Shown: positions 1 to 8,578 of the stretch, in pieces
Position numbering within the stretch: the stretch's first letter is position 1
How the letters are laid out: the number at the start of each line of letters is the position of its first letter
IMG/VR virus record: IMGVR_UViG_3300032291_002123
Coordinates: 38,066-102,065 of that record
Source of the DNA: a virus
DNA length: 64,000 nt
Strand: one strand, 5' to 3'
Position numbers and translations under genes: made by a program
The notes under the pieces: model-generated
The model's input: the letters and a program-made list of their open reading frames with translations, nothing else
Database searches by the model: none
Told to the model about the DNA's origin: nothing

Positions 1-3000
1 CATACATATACTTATCCCCGTATCTATCAGCAACTTCCCTTCTCAAGGCGGTTCTATCTTTGTAACTTCTTAGTAGTTCATTAGGGACGAGCATTTCCAT
101 AACTGAATAACCTTCCGAACTTGCAAACTGAGATGCTCTGCTATAGTTTGTAGAAACGTAAGTTCCAGGACCGATAACGCCATTTCCAATAAACGGCTTA
201 CCGTCAACTAACTCTTGAGAAGCATTATTGGGAGCACCCCTAAAAATTCTTGTCAGCCCCAGTTGAGCAGCGCTATTCCAAAGTTCTCTAAATTCATCTT
301 TTGTTACGCCTATTGCTGGTTTATCCCACCCTTGAGCCTCGATAACTTCTTTCATTTTTCTAAAATCTGTCTTATATCCATTGTTTTTTGGATTGTCTTC
401 TTCTTGCCCCCTATTCATAGGATATGAACCTAAGTCAATCTTCTTTCCGATTTTTGCTCTTTGGACGGCTTCATCAGCAACGGCATTTAAATCTTTAGGA
501 GTAGGTGAGCCTAAGTCCTCGTCAGTGGGGGTCTGTGAAGATTGAACCTTGCCAGCAAATTTTTCTCCGTCATCAGTTAGGTTCGAACTGTGGTAAATAG
601 GCATTCCAGCATTTGTTCTAGCAAACTCTAGAATCGCTGTAGCGAGACCCCTACGTTGGAAATCTTCGTCAACTTCAATCATGTTAATAGTAGAGAAAGG
701 CTTGAATTCATCAAAATTAGGGTCGTCTAAAGAACTACCGCCTATGGCATCGGGCCACCAGCGTCTTGAACCGTCAGGTAGGGTCTCTGAGGGAGGCTCT
801 GCATAAGTGACTAATGCTACAGGATTTATGTCTACTTCTCCATTAGGTTCATACGGGTACGCTAGCACTTTGCCATATCGTAGTTCTTCTCCACGCTGAT
901 TAATACTCCATCTATCGTCTCTAACTAACTGGAATCGATTACCGTCGGCGTCAGTGTATTCGCCAGTTTCGGTGATATTTTTGCGTTTACCTTCTTCCGA
1001 GATTTCAGTTTCTAGGTTGTTATCAGACTTAACACGCTTTCTAATTCTTTTTTGGGGAGTTAGGTCTGCGTCCTTGTCTTGGAATACAAGAGTAAATTCT
1101 TCGCCTAGGTCTTCTTCCATAACTTGGCTAGAAGATTGGACAGCGTCTGCGAAGCGAGACCCAGATGGAGTTCTGGTTGCGTCGTGATAGATAGGCATGC
1201 CAGCGTTGGTTCGGGCAAACTCCATCATTGCAGTAGCAATACCTTCACGCTGTAGGGAGTCGTCTACTTCAACCCAGTCGACGGTAGTGAACGGCTTGGT
1301 GTTATCAATTCTCACATTTTCTGAAGAGCCACCGACCTCGGTTTCATCCCACCTTAGTTTTTCTCTAGAGTTATCGTCGACTATGTAATAAGACTTTGCT
1401 TCAGAGTAGTAGAACGAGCCAATGGGCCAAGGGTCAACTTCCGTTGGCTCGATGAAAGAACCTGCGCCTGTGTCGTAAGCACCTTCGGCAGGTAGATATG
1501 CCTCTACGCTTCCTCTGCTTAAATACTCTCTGCCTTCATTGTCGATGTCCCACTGGTCATGGCGAGACAGGATAATCTTTTTGCCATCCTTGGTAACGTA
1601 TTCACCAGTCTCGGTGACGGTTCTAACCTTAGGGAACTCTTTGTTGGCAAACTGACCGCTTAGGTCTAGTTCTCTAACGCTGCTTTTTAGGTCATTGTTA
1701 GATTTAATGCGACTCTTAATTTCTTCTTGAGCGAGTCTTTTTTCCTCAGGTATCTTGCTTGTCACCCTTTCGAACAGAGCCTGAGAAGGAGAGACTCTGT
1801 CACGGACATCGCCGAGGTCTTCATCGAGAACTTGAGCAGGAGATTGGACTCCTGCAGCAAACTCCCTACCATCTTCGCTTAAGTGCTTGCTGTGGTAGAT
1901 AGGGAAGTCAGTGTCGCTGCGAGCCGCTTCTAGCATTGCAGTTGCTAGCCCACGGCGTCTGAACTCATATCTTACTAAAATGCCAGAAATTGTGTAGTAA
2001 GGCTTGTCTTCATCCACTTGGCTTATGTTGACGTCTGCAACTGCGTTCCAAGCACCGTAGCCAACTGGATACATGCTGTAGTCCATGTCACCAACAAGTA
2101 AGAGAGTCTCTTTGCCCCTAGCCATGACGTTGTGCTCTGCCACCATATAGATATTTTTCTCTATTGCCTCTGCTTGTCTCATTGCTGGGCGTGTGTGACT
2201 TATGATGTACTCGTTGCCTTGGGGGTCTGTATAATCAAAATCTTGTCGTATATGTTCTACGCCATCAATGACTAATTTTCTAGGCTCTGCGGCAGACTTA
2301 GTTAGGCGTTGCTTAACGCTTCTGTATTCCGCTGGAACGTCACTTCTAGAAGGTGCGCCTAGGTCTTCCTCTACTACCTGAGCACTAGATTGGACGGAGT
2401 TAGCAAACTGTCTACCGTCATCGCTTAGTATCGGGCTGTGATAAACAGGTGCGTCTAGTGATTCTCTGGCAGCCTCAAGCATTGCGGTTGCTAAACCTTT
2501 GCGCCGCTGTGCTGCATTTACGTAAATTGATGAAATACTATTAAAGGGCTTGTTTTTGTCAAACGGGGCGTAGTTCCCAGCCTCGTCTGGCGGAATGTAT
2601 ACAATTCCTCTTGGGTCAGTTCCTGCATCCCACTGGCTAAGCAGCATGCCGCCCACGTAATTTCCCTCAGAATCTTGTATATTGACAAGCGGGTCGAAAT
2701 AATACTCTGCTAAATCAGGTGAAACTGGCTCTTTTTCTGTAACTTTGGTTTGAGACACTATAACAGTAAACTTTTCTCCATCTTCTGAAGTGTAATCAAA
2801 AGTCTTAAGAGTCTCGCTTTGAGTGCTAGTTGGGTAATTTGTTTTAGTAGTCTTCTCATCGGCTTTTTTAAGTCTAGAAAGAACACTTCTAGATTTCTCG
2901 GAGTCTGGAATTCTAGAACTAGTGCCTAAGTCTTCATCCACGGTAGCGGCAGTAGATTGAACCGCTTCAGCAAATCCTCTACCCCTGTCGGTTATGACGG

Positions 3001-6000
3001 CGCTGTGGTAGATGGGGTAAGGTGCAGTTTGACGTGCAGCCTCAAGCATGGCGGTGGCTATACCCTGCCTTCTAAATTCTTCACCGACGTTAACTCCAGT
3101 GATGGTGTAGAAAGGCTTATCTAAATCGGCTTGTTCTAGGTTTATATCCGATATAAGCGAGAGAAGTTGAGACCTAGATTCTCCAGAGACATTTCGTAGC
3201 CTGTAGGTCATAGTGGCAACGCCACCATTTTCATTTTTTGCCGTTACTGACTGAGCGCCAGTGTACTCATTGGCATCGCCAAAGTTTGAGATGTTGCTAG
3301 TTACAGTGTATTTTTGTCCTTCAGGAGCCTCGTAATCAAAATTGTATTGACTGCGAGAAGGCACGCCCTTAGGTGCGACAATTTTATTTTCAGATGTTCT
3401 CTTTAGCCTGCTTCTAACTTCAGCAGATTTTGCGGAAACGTTAGTGTCGGCTGATACTCCCAAGTCTTCTTCTAATACTTGACTACTAGATTGAACGGCG
3501 TTAGCAAACGCTTCACCGACGCCATCGTTACCTAAGTACTTGCTGTGGTAGACAGGTATGTTAGTAGATTGTCTAACAGCCTCTAGCGCCGCTGTAGCCA
3601 AGCCTTTACGTCTTTTGTCTGGAGCAACAAATACTGAAGATATAACGTAAAAAGGTTTTTTGGTGTTTACACTGTCAGCATCTGAATCTCTCACAAAAAC
3701 CCTAGGGTCTGTCGCCCCAGCAGGGATTATCGACATTTGCATTCCACCAGCACGTTCGCCATTTGAATCATAGATTTTGATATGAGGCGGAATGTACATT
3801 GTGTTGCCAAATCTAACTTTTGCTCGATTAAGGCTAAATTTAATTTGGAACTTTTCCCCGTCTTCTGCCTCGTACTCAAACTCGTGGCTTACACCAATGT
3901 GGGTAGTCCCAAACCTTGCTTTCCAATACCTAGCGCCGCTACTACGACTTTTAGAGATATCTATTCTTTTTAGTCGTTTAAGAACTTCTTCATTCTTGGT
4001 GATGGCTTCTTTGTCAGATTTAGCATTTAGGTCAGACTTAAAGAAAGCGTCAATAGGTTTGATTTTGTCCAACAATCCAGACAATCTGTAGCGCAGCGCA
4101 TCTACTTGACGTCTGGCAGCCTCGGCAACCTGAGGGTTTTTAATTCCGTTAGCAATCTCGGCTGCTCTGTTTACAGAGTCTGCTGCTTTTTTCAGCGTAT
4201 CGTCGTCTAGTTTTTGTTGCTCTAGGTCAGCCTCGGCTGCGTCTACATATGTTCCTAGGTCTTCTTGCAGAATCGGCGGTGGAGATAAGAATTCTTCTGT
4301 GGTGCCAGTGGATGCAGAGTCAGTCTTGTCTTTGTCCTTAGCAGCCTTAACCAGCATTCCCATAGTGAAGGCATCGCTGTTAGCACCGATGAGCATATCT
4401 TCGGCTGATAGTTCACCATTTTCATAAGCCTCTACAACTTTTGAATTGTTGATGTATAGAACATCGTGGCGAGCCGACAAAATACGCTCTGTTCCAACAG
4501 TAAATACTTCATAGGCAGAGTCTGAATTTAGTTCTAAGTTCAAGCCGTCTTGACGGTCATAGAAATATACTCTTCCCGTGTATCTCTCCCTAAACATGTC
4601 ATAAAAAGCGACTTCATCGCTGTTCGGGTGAGTGTTTCTGCCAAGCGTGGAATATGACTCTAGAGAAATAGCGTTTCGGTCTTGACTGTCGTCCATGGCG
4701 TTAGGTCTAGAGCCGTCAGGGTTTTTAGGGAGAATCTGAGAGAACAAGAATCCCCACTCCATACTCTTTAGTTCTGGGTAAGCCTGCTCAAATAGGTGAC
4801 CTAATTCGTGCACGCCAACTGAACCGCCGAGTGGAATATCTGAATCGTGTGCATGCGTGCTTAGTGTTAGTTCGGTGCCGTCTCTATAGCCACCTCTGCC
4901 GTCAGGAGACCAGTCAACAGGCAGCATGCCACCCCAGAATTTTCCAGAATTCTTTACGTAGTCAGCCATTTTTTCTACTACTGCAGCAGGATAACTTCTC
5001 AAAGCCCACTTAATTGATTCTTTGGCTAAATCTACGGAGTCAGACATTTTAGGGTCTGGCATAGTCCTTCTTCTAATGCCATCAAACGAGATGAACTCGC
5101 TGCCGTCACCCTCGTACATAGGAATATCTAGGTCTTTAAAGAGTTGCTGGTATTCTTCCCTTGAAACTACACCTAATCTGTCAGATGCCTTAACGTAATT
5201 CTTTTTAATGTTTCTCAGTTCGATGCGACGTTTATACATGTCGACAACTTCTTGAACGTTGTTTTCGAGAGCGTACCACTCTAACGCCTGTTTTTTGTCG
5301 CCATTTGGTTTCTCAACGATTTTGACCCACTCGCTGTCAATTTTTCCTTGAATCCAATCTTCTTTACTGCGTTCTAATGCTTTTTGAAGAGCGAGGTTTT
5401 TTTGTTTAGGGTCTACAATATCCCTAATATCCTTACCTTCTGAGGCAACACGTATAAACATGGATTCCAGAAAGTCTTTTCTTTCTTCATACTGTTTCTC
5501 AGCCAAGGTGCGAGCGTAATCCCTAGTCTTTTGCTGTAGACGTTTTTCTTCTTCATTTCCAGAAACAACGCTAGCAAGTTTCTCAAAAATGTCGTCGCCA
5601 AACTCGTTTCTCATACGCTGAGAGATTCTTGCTCTGGCAGCAGCAGTTAGCGCCTGAGAGTTCTCGATAAAGGCGTCCATCTCGTCTAGAACTTGGTCGT
5701 CTGGACGCTGCTTCAATTTGAATGAGTCTGGGCTATTTGGAAGGAACTCGGCAAGACGCTTCATCTTTACCATGATGCGAGTGCCTAAACTCTGTTCGTT
5801 GGCATCTTTGTTTACAACTTCTGGAGAAAATAGGAAACTCGGAACAGAAGCATCCATCTCTAGAGCCATCTGCGCTAGAGTCTTATCCTCTTCTGTGGTT
5901 TGTAGGTCGATGCCAACCTTGGCAAGAGTCTCTTTTACTTCTGGAGAGTTAGGAGTGCCTAGGTCTTCTGGAAGAGTAGCCTTAGGGTCTCCACTGTAGA

Positions 6001-8044
6001 GCATCTGACCTTGACGCTCTTCACGCAGTTCTAATTCAGTCTTAGGGCGGTCAGAGCGAGAGTCGTTTTCTTCGGTCATCCACTCTGCAGCATTTTCAAT
6101 TGCTTGCTCTGGGTTGTCGTAAGTTCTACGGCTTGCAGGGTCGAACGAGTCTTGAGATTTCTTGTCGTTGTAAACCTCGCTGACCCATCTGCCTTGAGCG
6201 TTCTGTATAACCGTGCTGCGTAACGCTTCGTCAGAACTTGGCTCAGTGGCGTAAGAGCCGTCTTCTTGCTTAATGAAATCTTCAGGAGTAATTACATCGT
6301 CGTCGTGGACGTGCTCTAAACCTAATCTGTTCTTAAAGTCTCTAGCCTTTTTGTCTCTAGGGTTAGGCTGACGTGGAGAAGTGGTTTCGTTGTTCTCGGC
6401 AATAGCCTGAACGTCTTCCCAGTCTTGTGCGTAGCCGATAACTTCAGGCTTAATGTTCTTGTCTTCCCAAGGTGCAACTTGGCGAGTAATTTCAAAGATT
6501 GGCTGGTCGTCTTCAATTTCGGTTGAGCCACTGCGGAAGCCGTTAACTATAGCGCCGTTCTTAACGTTTGCTTCCATGCGCTGCTGCACTTCCTTGTGCT
6601 GCGCTGGCTGATAGCGTCTTACAGTGAAGCCGCCCAAATCCTTAGCGTTGTTCTTTGTCCTATAAGTCGAGTAAGGCAATCCCTTCTCGGGGTCTGCAGG
6701 AGTAACTGCGTCAAATGTGTTCTTAGGGAATTCTCCTTGAGGAACGTCTCCCCACATACGTCTCTGAACGCTTCCAGCACGCTTCTGGTCGTTCTTTCGG
6801 TCATAGCGTGATACGCCTGCCTGAACATCTCCCCAAGACTGGTAGTAGCCGATTGACTCATTTCCACTCTCGGTGAATCTACCTCGAGGTTGGCTTAGAG
6901 GATTAGTCATAACCTCATAAACAGGATACTTAGGGTCGAGAGCGCCGTTCTCACCTAAGCCTTTTACTTCTGCGCCATACTGCTCTTTGTGACGTTCTAA
7001 ATCTGGCAACGCTGCGCCAGCCTCGTGCTTAATCGCATAGTAGCCGTCAGCAGAAACGAATCCGTTTCCACCAGCAACCCAGCCAGATGGTGCGTCAATT
7101 TTTTGTAGCGTGTTTACATCTAATGCGTAGTCTCTTGCATAATCTGCTGAAGCCTTACCCTTGAGAGAAAGCATCTTTCCAAGTTTGCCGCCGATGTATG
7201 CCTTAACGCCTTCAACATTTGTGGCAGGAATTCTGAAGATTCCAGTTCCTAGAGTTGGGTGGTCAAATACTTCAACGTCAAAGGTATTAGTTTTAGGGTC
7301 TGAGCCGACAAACTTACCAACAACAGAATCGATGAAGCCTTTTAGTCCTCTGGTAAAGAACCTTGCTCCACCACCCATCCAAGCGAAGCGACCTCTACGG
7401 TCTCTACGCTGGAGTTTCGCCCGTGCCGAACGTGCTAAAAAAGAGTTCTCTCCTGAAAACGGGTTACTTGCAGCGATAATCGCAAGCACCACTTCTCTAG
7501 GCACGTCCTGTGCATCAGCAGACTCTAAGCGAGCGATAGAAAACTGACGCTCTACGGTATCTGGCACGGTTAGATACGCTGAAGCGACGACAGGTCTATA
7601 CTCCTCACTAATTCTTGAGTCTGCTGCAAACCACTCACTTCTCTTCTCAATCTTCTCGAGTAGAGATGCATACTCGGTAGAAGTTGATAGAGGGTGACCG
7701 ATAGGTAGTAGGTCGGTGTTGTTTTGAGAAATCTTAGATGGAGTTCCAGTGGTAGCCATGTTTATGTAATCTGAAACTTCACGCAAGGCGGTGAACGCTC
7801 TTGCTTGAGCATCTTGTGACATGATGCTTCTACTTAGTGAACGCTGTGCAACCGTCATAGCCTCGATTGGCATAACCTTACGAGCGTCTAGGACGTTCTC
7901 GTTGGCAGATGCAACCATAGCCTTGATGGTCTCCGAAAAACTTAACTCGCTTGACGGTTCGTCAGAAGGGAGTTCGTTAACGGCAGCAACGTCCAGAGCG
8001 TCAATCAACTGATTGACTGGGTTCTCTTCGTTACTAGGGTACAT
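1..8044 (-). CDS. Giant polyvalent (probably virion-delivered) effector protein, >2680 aa, 3'-truncated by the window: N-terminal domain, zincin metallopeptidase, 6 tandem GNAT domains, ADP-ribosyltransferase-like domain
   Basis: ATG at 8044 with AGAAGGA RBS (MYPSNEENPVNQLIDALD...). The same frame was open at every point I translated down to base 2, and the ORF track lists nothing in this frame, consistent with no stop. HELGH at 4796-4810 followed by YEVFTVGTE; six (Q/R)R(R/K/Q/E)G(L/I)ATA(M/I/A)(L/M)E motifs; RIFRG (236-250) ... GPGTYVSTNYSRASQFA (122-172). Confidence 0.9.
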   Translation of the reverse strand, partial: MYPSNEENPVNQLIDALDVAAVNELPSDEPSSELSFSETIKAMVASANENVLDARKVMPIEAMTVAQRSLSRSIMSQDAQARAFTALREVSDYINMATTGTPSKISQNNTDLLPIGHPLSTSTEYASLLEKIEKRSEWFAADSRISEEYRPVVASAYLTVPDTVERQFSIARLESADAQDVPREVVLAIIAASNPFSGENSFLARSARAKLQRRDRRGRFAWMGGGARFFTRGLKGFIDSVVGKFVGSDPKTNTFDVEVFDHPTLGTGIFRIPATNVEGVKAYIGGKLGKMLSLKGKASADYARDYALDVNTLQKIDAPSGWVAGGNGFVSADGYYAIKHEAGAALPDLERHKEQYGAEVKGLGENGALDPKYPVYEVMTNPLSQPRGRFTESGNESIGYYQSWGDVQAGVSRYDRKNDQKRAGSVQRRMWGDVPQGEFPKNTFDAVTPADPEKGLPYSTYRTKNNAKDLGGFTVRRYQPAQHKEVQQRMEANVKNGAIVNGFRSGSTEIEDDQPIFEITRQVAPWEDKNIKPEVIGYAQDWEDVQAIAENNETTSPRQPNPRDKKARDFKNRLGLEHVHDDDVITPEDFIKQEDGSYATEPSSDEALRSTVIQNAQGRWVSEVYNDKKSQDSFDPASRRTYDNPEQAIENAAEWMTEENDSRSDRPKTELELREERQGQMLYSGDPKATLPEDLGTPNSPEVKETLAKVGIDLQTTEEDKTLAQMALEMDASVPSFLFSPEVVNKDANEQSLGTRIMVKMKRLAEFLPNSPDSFKLKQRPDDQVLDEMDAFIENSQALTAAARARISQRMRNEFGDDIFEKLASVVSGNEEEKRLQQKTRDYARTLAEKQYEERKDFLESMFIRVASEGKDIRDIVDPKQKNLALQKALERSKEDWIQGKIDSEWVKIVEKPNGDKKQALEWYALENNVQEVVDMYKRRIELRNIKKNYVKASDRLGVVSREEYQQLFKDLDIPMYEGDGSEFISFDGIRRRTMPDPKMSDSVDLAKESIKWALRSYPAAVVEKMADYVKNSGKFWGGMLPVDWSPDGRGGYRDGTELTLSTHAHDSDIPLGGSVGVHELGHLFEQAYPELKSMEWGFLFSQILPKNPDGSRPNAMDDSQDRNAISLESYSTLGRNTHPNSDEVAFYDMFRERYTGRVYFYDRQDGLNLELNSDSAYEVFTVGTERILSARHDVLYINNSKVVEAYENGELSAEDMLIGANSDAFTMGMLVKAAKDKDKTDSASTGTTEEFLSPPPILQEDLGTYVDAAEADLEQQKLDDDTLKKAADSVNRAAEIANGIKNPQVAEAARRQVDALRYRLSGLLDKIKPIDAFFKSDLNAKSDKEAITKNEEVLKRLKRIDISKSRSSGARYWKARFGTTHIGVSHEFEYEAEDGEKFQIKFSLNRAKVRFGNTMYIPPHIKIYDSNGERAGGMQMSIIPAGATDPRVFVRDSDADSVNTKKPFYVISSVFVAPDKRRKGLATAALEAVRQSTNIPVYHSKYLGNDGVGEAFANAVQSSSQVLEEDLGVSADTNVSAKSAEVRSRLKRTSENKIVAPKGVPSRSQYNFDYEAPEGQKYTVTSNISNFGDANEYTGAQSVTAKNENGGVATMTYRLRNVSGESRSQLLSLISDINLEQADLDKPFYTITGVNVGEEFRRQGIATAMLEAARQTAPYPIYHSAVITDRGRGFAEAVQSTAATVDEDLGTSSRIPDSEKSRSVLSRLKKADEKTTKTNYPTSTQSETLKTFDYTSEDGEKFTVIVSQTKVTEKEPVSPDLAEYYFDPLVNIQDSEGNYVGGMLLSQWDAGTDPRGIVYIPPDEAGNYAPFDKNKPFNSISSIYVNAAQRRKGLATAMLEAARESLDAPVYHSPILSDDGRQFANSVQSSAQVVEEDLGAPSRSDVPAEYRSVKQRLTKSAAEPRKLVIDGVEHIRQDFDYTDPQGNEYIISHTRPAMRQAEAIEKNIYMVAEHNVMARGKETLLLVGDMDYSMYPVGYGAWNAVADVNISQVDEDKPYYTISGILVRYEFRRRGLATAMLEAARSDTDFPIYHSKHLSEDGREFAAGVQSPAQVLDEDLGDVRDRVSPSQALFERVTSKIPEEKRLAQEEIKSRIKSNNDLKSSVRELDLSGQFANKEFPKVRTVTETGEYVTKDGKKIILSRHDQWDIDNEGREYLSRGSVEAYLPAEGAYDTGAGSFIEPTEVDPWPIGSFYYSEAKSYYIVDDNSREKLRWDETEVGGSSENVRIDNTKPFTTVDWVEVDDSLQREGIATAMMEFARTNAGMPIYHDATRTPSGSRFADAVQSSSQVMEEDLGEEFTLVFQDKDADLTPQKRIRKRVKSDNNLETEISEEGKRKNITETGEYTDADGNRFQLVRDDRWSINQRGEELRYGKVLAYPYEPNGEVDINPVALVTYAEPPSETLPDGSRRWWPDAIGGSSLDDPNFDEFKPFSTINMIEVDEDFQRRGLATAILEFARTNAGMPIYHSSNLTDDGEKFAGKVQSSQTPTDEDLGSPTPKDLNAVADEAVQRAKIGKKIDLGSYPMNRGQEEDNPKNNGYKTDFRKMKEVIEAQGWDKPAIGVTKDEFRELWNSAAQLGLTRIFRGAPNNASQELVDGKPFIGNGVIGPGTYVSTNYSRASQFASSEGYSVMEMLVPNELLRSYKDRTALRREVADRYGDKYMY
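509..4000 (-). repeat. Six diverged tandem GNAT-domain repeats (~540-710 bp each) inside the giant ORF
   Basis: Each unit carries KP(F/Y)...V...RRxG(L/I)ATA.LE.AR....P(I/V)YH......G..FA..VQS......EDLG; units end at EDLG 3458, 2924, 2357, 1811, 1103 and 509. Confidence 0.9.
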
Positions 8045-8062
8045 TTTGTATCCTTCTGATTT

Positions 8063-8569
8063 CTAGAATTGAATAACTTGAACTTGTGTTGCGTCTGCAC
8101 CAACGATGGTGCCAAGTTGCCATAGCCACTTGTCATGCATGTCGATGCGCTCTGCAAGGAAGTTTATGATTCCCTGCTGGTTTAGAGCATTTGCGATTTC
8201 AAACGCCTCGAGCAGTGAGTCACGAAGAGTTTGGTTAATTCCGTGAAGAACTAAGGACATGGCAACAGGGTCGCCACCAGTTGGGCGAACCTCGATGCAA
8301 GAAAGACTTACGAAGTCTTGCAAGGTGAAAGGTGCGTCGTATCCGAGTTTACGAATGTGCTCAGCAAGTGGGTCAACTGCACTGTCTGCATCTTCGTAAA
8401 GTTTTTGGAAGAACTTGTGATACTGACTAAATTCAATGCCACGAACGTTCCAATGAAAACCTTGAGCGGTGAACTTGTAGGCAGTGGTGTCTGCAAGAAG
8501 GCAAGACAACTTATGGACTAGTTCTTGCTTGCCAACGCTAGCGCTGAGTTCGATTTCGATGTTTTCCAT
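8063..8569 (-). CDS. dps: Dps family DNA-binding ferritin-like protein
   Basis: HWNVRG.EF.QYHKFF..LY.....VD.LAE.IRKLG ferroxidase signature; HDKWLWQL C-terminus. Confidence 0.92.
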   Translation of the reverse strand: MENIEIELSASVGKQELVHKLSCLLADTTAYKFTAQGFHWNVRGIEFSQYHKFFQKLYEDADSAVDPLAEHIRKLGYDAPFTLQDFVSLSCIEVRPTGGDPVAMSLVLHGINQTLRDSLLEAFEIANALNQQGIINFLAERIDMHDKWLWQLGTIVGADATQVQVIQF

Positions 8570-8578
8570 TTATATCTC

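Noticed and set aside
215-8012. Short ORFs listed in the track over 1-8 kb, and the idea that the region is non-coding or uses a recoded genetic code
   Set aside because: They are shadows of one long minus-strand frame that simply lacks a stop inside the window. Genes elsewhere end normally in TAA, TAG or TGA.
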